The position numbers and the translations under genes are program-made. Positions 37,206 through 51,226 of a DNA stretch of 64,000 bases are shown here, piece after piece (position 1 is the stretch's first letter; the number at the start of each line of letters is the position of its first letter). Under the pieces are notes generated by a model. That model worked only from the letters and a program-made list of their open reading frames with translations, ran no database searches and was not told the origin of the DNA. Origin of the DNA: Octopus vulgaris (lineage: Eukaryota); contig OX597814.1 in assembly GCA_951406725.2 (NCBI GenBank), forward strand, positions 53,258,001-53,322,000, written 5' to 3'.

Positions 37206-37705
37206 ACACACGAGGATTACTCCATCTTCACAGATGATTGCCGACTCCTTGTGCTTCTTTGTTCATCAATGGCATTGCTGACTTTCCGTTCATGACCTCT
37301 CATAGAACTATTTGGTTCCGCTGCAGATCTTCATGGTTTGAAGCATAGGTAACAGGCGTGTGCTTCCTGCTTGTTATGACTGTATACGTCGCCACTTTCA
37401 ACACCATATGACTTTTAGTAGATGGAATGCCAAATGCGGTAACCATGAAGAAACATCTGTACATGATTGGGTTATAGTGATAAGCATTTGCACAACCCGA
37501 GTGCCACTCTCTAAAGAGGCTCCATGATTACTACCGAATGACAGACCGAAGCGAAATGATTACTAATCACACGAAACCATAGGTTTTAAGTCAGAGTATT
37601 CCTCTCCAAGAATGATGCTGTGACAACAGCTAGGGGTCCTTCACTCGCGTGGTCGTTTCTGGGACGACTTTGTTCCGTGTTGCGGTGTAGAAAAATTCTT
37701 TTATT

Positions 37706-38006
37706 CTTTTAGTTGTATTAGTCATTTGACTGCCGACATGCTGAAGCACTGCCTTAAAGGGTTTGAAATCGAAGAAATCGACACCACAATTTATTCTTTG
37801 TAAGCCAAGTTACGGGGACGTAAACCCACCAACAGACACAAAGACATAACTATACACACACACACATGTTTCCGTCTACCAAATCCACTCACAAGGCTTT
37901 GGTCGGCCCGAGGCATAGTAGAAGACACTTGCCTGAGGTGCCACGCAGTGGGACTGAACCCAGAACCAAGTGGTTGGGAACCAAGGTTCTTACCACACCG
38001 CCACGA
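37706..38006 (-). mobile_element. SINE family B with internal deletions
   Basis: accaaatccactcacaaggctttggtcggcccgagg...gggactgaaccc. Confidence 0.85.
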
Positions 38007-38816
38007 CTGTGCTTATTATGTTTTTGTAATACATTAAGTGTATAAATGGATCTTTTCCGAAACGACAACTGCAACCTCTGAATTTTCGACGATATGCATT
38101 AAGTAGGATATATAGATAAAATTTTACGCACACACGCACGCGCACATAGTTTACCGTTCCGTTATAGATAGGATCAACAAAAAGTACTCTATCCAGTGAG
38201 AAATAAATGCAATTTATTATACGCAATAAAGAAAAGGGCTACTAATAATTTCAAGCTTGTTTTCTCGTTTTTTCATCTTATGCTTTCTCACAGACCAGCG
38301 TCCTAGTTTTAAATACACCTAACAATATGCGCTGAGCCTGAAAGATAGCTTCATGATAGATGACATGTTATATAAACCTGCATGAATCTGTTTTGTAAAT
38401 TATGTATGCACAAACGCACACGCACACACACACATATTTACATATGTGGGTGATTTAAGATCTACATTTAAGAACTTTATGAGAGAGAACTTTGTGAGAG
38501 AGAATGAAACAAACGTTTTCATTTTTTATGAAAACGCTTATGAATATTTACTTATGAATATTTACTAAAAGAATTATAACTTACTTTTCATTCACTTTAC
38601 TCTATTTTTAATTCTTCTTTTTTTATTTTTCTTCATATTTCTTTATGCTACCGCATACTGTTTTTAGCCTTTATTTCATCTTGTATTATTTCCTTCATCT
38701 TTACATTTATATTTTACTTCGTCATCATTTCACCTAGATCCTACTTCAGCCTGACTATATTCTATCCTAACTACCAAGATTCATCTTGTTTTCTTCGCTT
38801 CATTTGCATTTATGCA

Positions 38817-38849
<33 letters not shown>

Positions 38850-38945
38850 ATATGTACGTATGTATATGTAATACGTGTGTGTGTATGTTTATATATGTAT
38901 ATATATATATATAAATTAGAAAAAATAAGATTGGAATAATATTCC

Positions 38946-38985
<40 letters not shown>

Positions 38986-38986
<1 letters not shown>

Positions 38987-39520
38987 ATACACAAATATGA
39001 GAGAGAATCCACTATGTGGACGCTCTTATGCTAGAGATAGTTCCGCAAGGGGACTCAACCACTAAGAATTGTTCTCAAGAAAAATTTAGCACACTAAGAA
39101 CGCAAGCGAAATAATACTGCTCGTGTCTTTGACCTCGTGTTAATATATAGCGTGCAGTTCGACAAATTATATTTTATGACGTACCTCACCGATGATCTGA
39201 GGATAATTACGTAAGTAAATTTGCATAATTTATTAACAGTGAAACAATTGCATGGGGTTAATCTATATTTTTTTGTTATTTTTCATTTGTCCTGCTCGCT
39301 TGCGTTCTTAGTGTGCTAAATTTTTCTTGAGAACAATTCTTAGTGGCTGAGTCCCCTTGCGGATCTATCTCTAGCGTAAGGGCGTCCACATAGTGGATAC
39401 TCTCTCATATTTGTGTATTAATAATATTTACTGAATCTCAGTCTTTTATGCGCTAGACCACTGGTGTTTAAATTGATGTTATTAAATTAATATCCAATTT
39501 TTTCACCCCCTTTTTGACTT
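38986..39520 (+). mobile_element. Penelope-type non-autonomous insert in (TA)n with ~124-bp inverted repeat and a decayed hammerhead
   Basis: 38986-39109 is an imperfect reverse complement of 39296-39419. Between them lies acctca-CCGATGA-...-GAAA-CAATTG-CA-tggggt (39183-39258). Confidence 0.7.
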
Positions 39521-39532
39521 ATATATATATAT

Positions 39533-39607
39533 ATACTACAAAATTAGAAAATGGAGAAACATACTTAAATCAATAAAATGTTTCTCCATTTTCTAATTTT
39601 GTAGTAT
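39533..39607. repeat. Perfect 30-bp inverted repeat (15-nt spacer) at the start of another (TA)n-embedded insert
   Basis: atactacaaaattagaaaatggagaaacat / atgtttctccattttctaattttgtagtat. Confidence 0.95.
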
Positions 39608-39771
39608 TAATTTACGGTAATATTATTACCTTTACCCATATAATACAATAGATGAACTGATTGTTTGGCAATTTTTAACATCTATGTATTAGTCTTGTTG
39701 GGTACCTATCTAGCAGTATATTGGATATATGTTATCCCATGGTGGGTTGAATTTTCAACCCCTATCTCATT

Positions 39772-39860
<89 letters not shown>

Positions 39861-39930
39861 CGTGGCGTATATATAAATATATATGTATAATTTATATATG
39901 CGTGTGTGCACGTCACTTTGTATGCATATA

Positions 39931-39961
<31 letters not shown>

Positions 39962-39968
39962 GTGTATA

Positions 39969-40011
<43 letters not shown>

Positions 40012-40067
40012 ATAATATAAATAATATATAATTATATGCATATATACATACATATATGTACATAACC

Positions 40068-40103
<36 letters not shown>

Positions 40104-40187
40104 TATATATATGTGTGTGTGTGTGTGTTGTATATGTAAATATCCTTATTCGTTTTAGGTTCATTTCTCTCTCTCTTTGTGTATATG

Positions 40188-40258
<71 letters not shown>

Positions 40259-40456
40259 CATCGGCATCCTTAATTCGTTTTAAGGTTCATTTGATTTTAA
40301 TTTTAAATTTTTACATTTATCTTAATCTACGCCACTACATTTGCATTTATTTTAATTCCACTAAAATCTTTTCTCTTTCACACCATGTAAACAACTCTCC
40401 ACTTTCCCTATTTCTTTTACTGCTGTCTTTCTCTTCGCTTTTCGTTGCTGTTGTTG

Positions 40457-40464
40457 CTCTTCTT

Positions 40465-40524
<60 letters not shown>

Positions 40525-40526
40525 TA

Positions 40527-40579
<53 letters not shown>

Positions 40580-40580
40580 G
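40457..40580. repeat. (CTT)n(ATT)n trinucleotide repeat
   Basis: Direct reading. Confidence 0.95.
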
Positions 40581-40777
40581 AGTGAATGAGAAAGCAGTAC
40601 ACGTCGCAAAAGTGACATACAAGTATTTTAAGCCCAGTATATATACATATATATATATAGGATTCGCAACTACACTTTCTCGTTTGGTTATTATTAGTCA
40701 AATAAGAAACTTCAAGCTGCAATAAATTGAAGATTCATTTAAATAACTTAATGTCAAGCATTGTGACATTTCTAGGC

Positions 40778-40835
<58 letters not shown>

Positions 40836-43800
40836 CTGAAATTAATCCTGCATCGGTTTTGATAATAAGTAATTCTAATAGTTCCGACTATCTATTTTTG
40901 CAATCATAGTGTAACTGCTCGAATATTTCATTTGTACCATTCATGCAATCAACACGACGCAGTGTTTGTTGCAAGGTCGGTACAGTCTAACCCACGGGCT
41001 TCCACACAAATTCCGTCAGCTCATTTTTACTTATGAGATTAGAGTGATCCAAGGCTTGGTAAAAGGAACTTGTCCAAGGTATCCTGGAGTGGGATTGAAC
41101 CTGACGCACTATGATTCTAAAGCAAATTTGTTAAGAATTCGGCTATATTTCTCTGATTGTTGTTTGACTTTGTTTATTATTTTATTCCTTATTGTATTGC
41201 TAGCGCATTTGGTTTTAGTTTTTTCGGTTTTGCTGCATGTGTTTAGTTCATGTCGGTGCATCAAAGAATTAACCGAAATCACCCAATTTTATTTGAAAAC
41301 ATTACGCACTTCCAGATATCTTTAAACATCACTAGTTAGTGCTGTTTGACAAAATCCATCCAAAGTTTTGGAAATAATCCGTTACGAACTAAGCTTCTAA
41401 CAGACTTTAGCCTTTTGCTGTAGCAGTATGCCTATTCATATTCCAAGTTGTTTGTTCTATTCACAAGAAAAGAAAACGCCGTTGCTTCAACCTTTAAAAA
41501 AAAATGTCAAATTTCAAGTAAAAGCAATAATGATAGCCATTTGTATTCTTGTTGCATGTTGTTCTTAGAAACTTTTTTCCTTTAACCTGTATTTCTTTTA
41601 ACTATTTGGTTAACTGTTTCCTAGTTATGCAAACTGAGATAATCAAAGGACATAATTTATAGCACGTGTTTGAACAAGAACAAACGACGGTCGAATATTA
41701 TTCTACATTTGATTTAAGAGTCCAAGTTTCCAAAGCATATCTATTCATTCATAGAATTGGTTGATCTCCTGAAGAACAGAGTAGCTGCACAAGCTACAAA
41801 GAGCAAAATTCAGTTTCAGAGTCGTAATAAGAAGGAAACGTTTTATAATTTTAACTTCCCCCTTTACTTCCGTTTGTCTTAGGTGTCTTTCAAATGTTGA
41901 CGATAATAGATATTTTTATTTTCCTTGTGTAAATAAGTAATAATGAATTTAATATTTTTGTGAAGTACATCTATTACAGTGAAGTGCATCGTCTAAGATA
42001 AAGGAGCCTCAACGGGAACTCATGATGGAACATTTAAGAAAACTAACGAAAGAGCTTCTACAAACCAACAGAGGCGCATCGGTGTTGTCGCTCAACCTGT
42101 AAGAAATAGTGACCATATGCCCCAGAGAGCACTTTACCAACTTTAAAGAGAGGAACGTAGGCTACTATAGTCCTGGATACAATTTCTGAAAATAAGAAGC
42201 AATAGTTTTAGGCGGAAGACTTGTTTAGAACTTACCAGAGACAAAAATATAACACCATATCAGATAACAACCGAACTGAGTTAGTTTTAGTTGCAAATTG
42301 CTCATTCTCTAGTTCAAAGCCAGCCATTACGCATCATTGCTATCATTTAATAAATACTGATATCTTATGCCGACAAAATGTAATAAATTCCTAGCGAAAG
42401 CTGCCTGATACTTATTTTATCAGCGTTGGAGAAATGAAAATGAAAATTAACTCCAGTGGAATTTGAATTCAGAACATAAAGGTATGAAACTTTAAAACGA
42501 ATGCTGCATGCTATTGGCATCTCCTTATCCGCTGCTTCCGTAATTCGTCTCTTTTGTGTCTATAAAGTATTGTTTCTCATATAAGTACAAGGCTACACAT
42601 TTATTAGAGACTTGTATAGTTGACTGAATGAATCAACATCAACTCGATACTGCTAGTTATTTTATCAATTCCACAGATGTGAAAAGCAAAGTTTTAACCT
42701 GTGGGATTTTTAATGACTTAAAAGAGGAAGAAAATTTGTCATTAGCTGTTTGAGATCTTCCGAGACTGGTACAAAGAGGCGAGAAAATTATCCTTAAACG
42801 TAATTATCATGTACTAAATGGATATTTGCAATATAATGGAATTCCGCAAAAGACACGCAAAGACCAAAAAATAGTGGTAAACTGGGTGATGGATTAATTC
42901 TACCACCGAAGGACAGAAATAATCTTTCGACGGGTCTCCACACAGTCTCTATCCGTCAAATTTCACTCACAAGGCTTTTATAGATCTGAGGCAATGATAG
43001 AAGGTAGAACCCAAACTGCCGGGTAGCGTAACTAGATCCCAAACTATGTAGTTGCGATGCAGATTTTTCAAACCACACAACGATGACCCACTCATTCCCT
43101 AGGGACATGAAACGAAATATTATAAGGCATGTAACATTTACTCGATCGCTTTTACCCACACCACAATCATTTGTTATTATTTGCTGTGTTAAAGGCGGTG
43201 AGATGGCAAAATCGTTAGTGCATCATTTCGATCGCCACCTCACATTCTGTGTTCAAATGCAGCCCAGATCAATTTTTCCATTCGTCGATAAATTAAAGTA
43301 CCAGTCACGTACGGGTGTCTGATATCGCTCTTACCGGACCTCTCCTTGTACCTAAATCAGAAACAATTATTATTTACTATGTATAAAATATTGATTTACA
43401 TCATTAATATAAGGCCAGAAATGTGTAGAATAGGATTATAATCAATATCGTCAGAGTATTGCTGGTATATATTATGTCTGCTCCAGCAGATTGAAATGTA
43501 AATTAGATCCTACTTAAACTGGAACCCAAACTATAGAAAGACGAAACTAAATAATTTATAACCACCTACAGTTTCTACCTTCCGCCACAGTTTCATTGTT
43601 TTTTATTTTTAAACTATTAAGAATCTTCAAATCAATAAAGTTAGAACCAGCCTTTTTCTCTCTATAAAGTACATTCAATTTAAACGATTGATAGTTTGTT
43701 TTTGTTTCGTTTCTTTAAGTTCAATTATATGAAATCTTACTTGCCCGAAAATTATGGTAGGAAGACGTAATTACTATTTAATCTAAAATCGGTGTTGCAT

Positions 43801-44041
43801 CGTATAACCAATATAGAAAAACCCATTAATGTAGTATATTTTACCATTATTCGAGAAATTTTGTTGAAATGGCACGGCTTCTTAAAGAAATATTTATTCA
43901 GCAGTATGAATATTCATGGATGTTTTCTAAAGTTGGATATAAAGATTACCTTTTGGTATTAATACAGCTTCCGTAGCTAATAATGAAAATAATAACGAAA
44001 ATAACTATGACAACAACAATGCTATTAATAATAATTATAAC

Positions 44042-44086
<45 letters not shown>

Positions 44087-44087
<1 letters not shown>

Positions 44088-44203
44088 GTTTCAAATTTTT
44101 CCAAAAAGGAGGCATTTTGGTCTAAGGGATGATTCAATTACATCGACCCCAGTGTTTCACTGGTACTTAATTTATCGACCCCGAAAGGATGAAAGGCAAA
44201 GTC
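44087..44203 (-). mobile_element. SINE family A 3' half
   Basis: ctggtacttaatttatcgaccccgaaaggatgaaaggcaaagtcga. Confidence 0.8.
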
Positions 44204-44358
44204 GAAGAAGAAGAAGAAGAGCAACAACAGCTACGAAAAGCGAAGAGAAAGAAAGCAGTAAAAGAAATAGGGAAAGGGGGGATGCGATTGAACAAGAAAG
44301 TGGAGAGTTGTTTACACGGTGTGAAAGAGAAAAGATTTTAGTGGAATTAAAATAAATT

Positions 44359-45272
44359 CGTCTCAACCACCTTCTTTTTATAGATGATTTAAAACTGTTC
44401 GCAAAAACAGATCCTGAAATGGAAAGGCTGGTTGAGACTGTATAGATGTTCAGCAAGGATACAGAGATGGAATTCGGTGTCTCGGAGTGAACAATGCTCA
44501 CTTTGAAACGGAGGGGAAAATACAGATTGTAAGGGCATAGAATTGTCAAACGGAGAGAGAATGGAAGACCTAGATGATGATGGGTGCAAGTACCTTGGGA
44601 TCCTGGAGCTGGACAATATCTTGCACAGAGAAATGAAAGACAAGGTCATCACTGAATAATTCAAGCGCCTCAAATTTCTCTTGAAATCAAAACACAACTC
44701 AAGGAACCTTGTGACTGCCATCAACATATGGGTTGTTGCTTCTTCCTCCTTCCAATCAGGACTCACGCCATTAGCCACAAAGAATAATCTCTAATTCGAG
44801 CCTACTCTAAGCTACTAAGAATGCGTGCGGCAACTTGAAGATCCACCCACCACACGTGATAGATTGGCGGCAGCACAGGCGCGAAAGCTACGTTGTTATC
44901 CTCATTCCGTAAACGGTGGGTTTTAACGGGTGGAGAGCTGAACCATCCTGGGGTACAGAGGATTCGCAATCTAGACTATGGTTTGAAAGTTCACCACACC
45001 ATAGTGGGTTACACCATGGTTCTCCTGCTTTATGGAAGAAGTAGGAAGAAAGAGTGTGAGAAAGTTGTGGTGAAAGAGTACAGCGGGGTTCACCCCACCC
45101 CATCGCCGGAGCTCGTGGAGCTTAGGTGTTTTTGCTCAATAAACACTCACAATGCCCGGTCTGGGAATCGAAACTGCGTTCTTACGACCGCGAGTTCGTT
45201 GCCCTAACCACTGGGCCATTGCACCTCCACTGGGCTGTTGCTGTAGTCCGCTACAGTGCACCCATCCTGAAA
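44359..45272 (+). mobile_element. R4/Dong-like reverse transcriptase fragment split by a SINE insertion
   Basis: RLNHLLFIDDLKLFAK...MEFG...GIELSNGE...KYLGILE...NLVTAINIW, then the insertion, then WAVAVVRYSAPILK at 45231. Confidence 0.85.
44741..45230 (-). mobile_element. SINE with family C head and a long alternative tail; 12-bp TSD
   Basis: Flanked by tgggttgttgct (44729-40) and tgggctgttgct (45231-42); tRNA-like head at 45230-45155. Confidence 0.85.
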
Positions 45273-45571
45273 GATGTGGAAGCTACGAGAGTCAAATATA
45301 AAGGTTGTCCCTATTGTTATCGGAGCGTTGGGCTCAATACCACCCAACCTGAAGAAACAAATGGAAACTTTAAAAATACCCTACAATCTAGGTGTATTGT
45401 AAAAATCGGTGTTACTTGGAATTGCACGCATATTATGTAAAGTACTGTCAATCTGAGACACTTGTTGTCACTTGACAGACAGTGCGAACCCCGGTAGACA
45501 CAATATCTTCAATCAATAACACCACGATATTGGATACTGTGCGACATCTTAATTAATAATAATAATGATGA

Positions 45572-45607
<36 letters not shown>

Positions 45608-45686
45608 CATCTTATATGTATACATATATATATACATACATATACATATACATACATATACATATACATACATATACATACATACG

Positions 45687-45749
<63 letters not shown>

Positions 45750-45756
45750 GTATATA

Positions 45757-45833
<77 letters not shown>

Positions 45834-48800
45834 ACCCGTGTATGCGTGCTTGTATTTGCATTTTATCATTAATATTGATTTGAAATGTTTTCCCAAATAG
45901 CAAAAGTGTGTAACTGTCCAAGGGTGGGGAATTTGATTTGAAGACACATTCGTTATATTTTAGCATTATTTTACAAATAATTTGGAATTTGATTCACTGG
46001 TTCTGCAGTGATCGGAATATATTGTTTATATTTTGTAGAAATCTTAAGCATGAACAGCATTTACAAATATTTACTGTACACGCGTGCGCACACGCACACA
46101 CACAAATTTTGAGTAGTTTTGCTTGAAAAATTTTAAATATACTGTGTATGTTTGCGCACTTTCTCGGTGTGTGCGTGGGGTGAATTGATAACGTAGAATG
46201 ACATTATTCACGTTATTGTTGAAATGTTAAATGAAATGGATACGAGTATAATGAAGTGTCAGGTTTACTGAGTTGGATCAAATTGCTTGTTTAACCAGCA
46301 GTTTAATGAAAGCATCTCAGTTGTTTTGAATTGGCTCTAAGTGATATTTCTATAGCTGTGCAGACCTCCAGTATAAAACTTCAAAAGTAAGTTTATAATA
46401 GTCCCTGTTAATGGAAAATTCAGCGCGAAATTAAGATACTGAGACGTTTGAATGAACACTCTATCGACTTATTGGAAATTTTAACATGCAGAATTCGTTC
46501 AGTCAATTTAAATATAAACAAAATGTATTGAGTAATTGCTTAAAAATTAATAAATAAAATAAAGTATGCTACAAACATAAAAATACTTGAATGTTTAAAA
46601 GATTATTAATCAGGTTGAATAATACCATTTTATGCACTGTACGTTTATTGCTCATGAATTTGTAAAGAACTTTATCAGAATATTGAAATTGAAGTCTTCA
46701 GAGACAGGAACACAAGTCAGACAGATGCCATCAAACTTCTCTATTCTGATCAAAACAATTTTTTTCTCCGGTGTGCAATTTAGCGAAAGAGCTAGCTCCT
46801 ATCCAATTCTTCAAATATGTTTTCGCATGTAATGCGTATACTGAACAACATTGTGTGTATTGAAAGTCATCCGTATAAAAATTAATTACCAGCGACATGG
46901 AGTAAAACGTAAGAAGTTCATAGAGATTAAAGGTAGCATAATTCAGAAAGTGACACCATCTCAAGCATAGGAAGGACAAGAAGTAACCATAGAATAATAG
47001 ACCCATGATATAAATATTGAAATGGTAAGAGTAGTCAGAACCAATGAGCTTTCTTCAAGATTTAATTGGAATAATCTGCCAAAATTCACTTTTATTCTAC
47101 GAAGAAATAAAAAAAAAAAATACGATGTAGTTTGAGATTGTACTTGAAAATGGTCAACAAAACAATACATGAATTAGAAGGATATCATATACAGCATTGC
47201 CTTGGGCCCTCATCTGCTGGAGTTGTGACATATGATGTATCTAAGGGATTTGAAGGCCATCACTCTCCATGTTTGAACTTAAAAGCGAAAGAAGAGAAAT
47301 AGAAAGAGAACAACCTATTTCGATTTCGAAAGGATTAAAGGTGAAGTTGACTCCGTTCTTGAGCACAAAAAGTAGGAAAAAATACCGCAAGGCATTCTAT
47401 CCGACCCTCTAATGTATTCTAGAAATAGTTACTTCTAAAGATAGTATTTGAATATTTAGAGTGCAGTGCAACGGTGGTAAGCTACTGGCAAGACTAGTCA
47501 TAGAGGCCATATTAGATTTTCTGTTTGAATTATTTTATATCTGTTTCCTTGTAACCAGGATTTACTGAAATCGTTGACACAAAAAATTTTTTGGAAAAAG
47601 TATGAACTCCACTGGATTCACCCACCATTGACGCATTACATGAAATGGATGGCTTTGGTGGATAATCCAACGGCCAATTAAAGAATATGCAGCACTTTCA
47701 GTATATTCAGAATCTGTCGGGCTTAAAACAAGCCAGAACAGACACACAGGGATGGTCGAAAAAATATTTACCCTTCTAGGAAAATAGATATCATGCATGC
47801 GTGCAATAAATGATATACACATTCATTACGACAATTACTACGACATATAATGCCATATAATTTCTGTTTATAGCTTCTGACTAAAACATTCTTTTAAAAG
47901 AATTTGAGAAACTACAGGAATAGAAGAACCTACAAATAAAAGAGTAAAACTTATTTGATAATGTGTTGTGTGGGCAAAAACTACTTAAATATATGGAACC
48001 TCAGTAATGGTGAAAAATATAGCATTGAGAAAAACGTGAATAAGATGGCGTGGGTCTTCGCAATTGCATACAGCCTACGGTGATTCTTTTCCACAAACTG
48101 ATCATTTCAAATATACTTACAAAAAACAACATAAGTCAACCAAAGGGATATGAGTTGATGTTGATGTTATAACTGAAAGTTGCATAACTTTCTCATTTCG
48201 TTATCTGAACGTTCGCGTATTTGTTATTAGTGGAAGAAAATTAGAGAATTGAAATAAAGAAAAGACAAAGGAATTGAGGCATTGAAGTTAAATAAACTTA
48301 TCGACTCATATATAAAAAAAAGAAAAGAATTAGGGTGAGAGCCTTTCGCGGTCACTAAACTTGCCCAAAACACTGTTTTAAATAAAAGATACCTTAAATA
48401 ATATAGACACCGATATACTAAATAAATGAATGAATGAATAAATAAATAAATAAATAAATAAACAAATAAATAACAGATGTTACATTACATTTAACCCGTT
48501 TGGATCATAGACTGGTGCGATCTGAAGCTGAAACAATAATTAGAAAACAATGAAGATTGTAGGGGTTCGCTTCTTTGCTTGCAATATATATTGGGTGCAG
48601 ATTGCATAAACAACCAGCTGGAGGAGGCTCCTCCTAGGGTTAAAAACGGCATTAACATCGATTCGAACGGAACAGCCATACTGATGTGGTGATAAACATT
48701 ACTTCTCAGTGTAGTTAGTACTTTGATTTCTTATGGAGATTTTCTTACTAGTTACTTTGAATGTTTAAATGGCTTTGTGTTCACTTATGTTTTATAAATA

Positions 48801-49156
48801 AATGAAAAGTGATAGTGTTGTTGAAATTTATTATGATCATACTTCTGATGCTGATGATGATGATCTTCATGAAACACTTAAAAATATGATTTTTATAGAA
48901 ATAGTCTCAGGGTTTACGTTTTGTGGAAACGCTGTGAGTCAATCACCAGTAGGTATTTGTATCCATCTTATCAACTCTGGTGATTATTCCAAATAGTCTG
49001 ACGAGGAAGGGAGTCTCAAAGCAATCGCTTGACCTGCTAGAAATAGTAGTCAAATCATACCCCTACTGTTTTCAAAGAAAGAATACGTTAGACAATGTAA
49101 TCTTATTTATCCCTAAAAAAAAACACAGCAGTTACGTGCGATATGTTATTGATCAT

Positions 49157-49352
49157 ATTGGTTTCAAATTTTGGCACAAGGCCAGAAATTACGGAGGAGC
49201 AGACAAATCGATTACATCGACCTTAGAGCTCGACTGGTGCTTATTTCTAACGACCCCGGAAGAATGAAAGGCAAAGTTGACTTCAGTGGAATTTGAACTC
49301 AGAACTCAAAGACGGACAAAACGCTGCTAATGATTCTTTCAGCTTGCTACCT
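49157..49352 (-). mobile_element. SINE family A, diverged
   Basis: cgaccccggaagaatgaaaggcaaagttgacttcagtggaatttgaactcagaac. Confidence 0.75.
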
Positions 49353-50521
49353 TAATGTTGGTGATCTGGATTGATATTTGTCTTGCTCAATCAGGACAAA
49401 ACTTGTGCAAAAGAACAACAACAAAAACAGCTACGAAGAATAAAAGTAAAGTCGACTTCGACAAGATTTAAATTCAGAAGATAAAGATAGATAGCTAAAT
49501 ACCTGAAGTTATTTTTTTCTTCGATTCTCTATGAATTATAACAATAATGGGTACGTTGCTAATTATTTAAAAGGAAAAGGACCACAAACTGAACTATCCC
49601 CCAGAATTTAACTGGGACTTATTTTGTAGATCCACCAAGAGTAACTTTATCGGTTGTGAACTCAGAACGGAAAAATATCACAAATAAGTAAACGGGGCTT
49701 TGCATGGTAGAATCGGTAGAGTCGCGGACAGAAGCCTTATGACATAGGATTACGTACTTTTACATTCCCAGTTCAAGTCCTACTAAGATCAGCTTTGCTT
49801 TTCTCCTGTTTGGAGTTGGTGAACATAAATATCATTTATATACTAGGGGCAAATAAGTTGACTAATTTTCTTTATGATCACCACCACTCACATATGCAAA
49901 TATACACAGCCACACGTTAGAAATAATTATTAGTGTGGCCAGAAAAGGCAACTTCAGTAGATTGAGGGATTAGAAATTATTATTATTACTACAATAACCA
50001 CGACAAAATTAATGCAATTTTAAATTCAACAAAATTGATTAACGGAAAATAAATTGAGAAAAGAATTTTATCAACGTGTGATTATAACGCTATAAACCCC
50101 AAGGATTTGACAAGCGAATTAAATAGATTTTGTTGACTGCGGACATTTATCATGTCGACTATATCACACAATCCGCGCATTATATCGCGAATGTCAACTG
50201 GGATCACTGATTAAGATATTTTTTATAGAAGTATTTAGCCTATGGATGGCTTCCAAAAGTGATAGCTGATAGCTTTAAACAATAACGAACGGTTCAAAAA
50301 TTAATTAACGAATACTGCTTGTGTGTTCACTATGTTTAGTTTTCTCTTTAGAAATCTTATAAAAAGTGCGAAAAAAAAAGAGAAAATGATAAGAAAGAAT
50401 AGCAAACAGTGAGTTGGTAAAGACATTAACACATAGGGTAGAAGAATAGTTGCAGTATTTGCTCTGGAAATTTCAGTAGCCAGTAGGATCAAATTTATAG
50501 TTCATTGTGTTGCAGAAGGTT

Positions 50522-51155
50522 AAAGCGGTGAGCTGCACACGCCAGGCAAAATGCATTAGTTCTGAGTTCTGAGTTCAAATTCCGCTGACGTCGACTTTGA
50601 CTTTTATATCCTTTCGTGGTCGATAAAATAAGTACCAGCTGAGCACTGGGGTCAATGTACCTCCTCAGAAACTGCTGGTCTTGTACCAAATTTTGAAAGC
50701 TTTGTCTTAGTGAAGGTTAAGGCGGCAAGTTGACGGAATCGTCGGGCAAAATGCTTAGCGAGATTTCGTCCGTCTTTACGTTTTGAGCTCAAATCCCGCC
50801 AGGTCGGCTTTACCTTTTATCCTTTCAGAGTCAATAAAATACGTACCAGTCGACCAGTGGGGTCGATGTAAACGACTATCCCCTTCCCCAAAATATCAGG
50901 CCCTGTGCCTGTAACAGAAAGCGTGATTTGGGGGAAGGTTAAGGTGGTGAGTTATCAGAATCGTTGCTACTCCGGTCAAACTACTTAGCGACATTTCTTC
51001 CGACTTTACATTCTGAGTTCTAATGTCGCAGAGATCAACTTTGCTATTCATCCTTTCGATGTGATAAAATAGGCCACAGTTGAGCGCTGGGGGCGATGTA
51101 ATCGATTTTCTCGTACCATCAAATTACTGGTCTTTTGCTAAAATAAGAAAGAATT
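50522..51155 (+). mobile_element. Three head-to-tail SINE family A copies
   Basis: Heads at about 50522, 50719 and 50941, each preceded by gaaggtt. Confidence 0.85.
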
Positions 51156-51168
51156 ATTTGGGGGAATA

Positions 51169-51226
51169 TTCTATTGTGTAATGGTTAGCACTCATGATTC
51201 TGAATCCAACGACCCAAGTTCAAATC
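51169..51226 (+). pseudogene. tRNA-Gln(CTG) pseudogene, 3' acceptor arm missing
   Basis: ttctattgtgtaatggttagcactcatgattCTGaatccaacgacccaagttcaaatc aligns with the metazoan tRNA-Gln consensus (GG)TTCCATGGTGTAATGGTTAGCACTCTGGACTCTGAATCCAGCGATCCGAGTTCAAATC. Confidence 0.8.

Noticed and set aside
41984-41998. 15-nt match gtgcatcgtctaaga to the hammerhead cleavage region
   Set aside because: No GAAA/CUGAUGA core or flanking homology; compatible with chance
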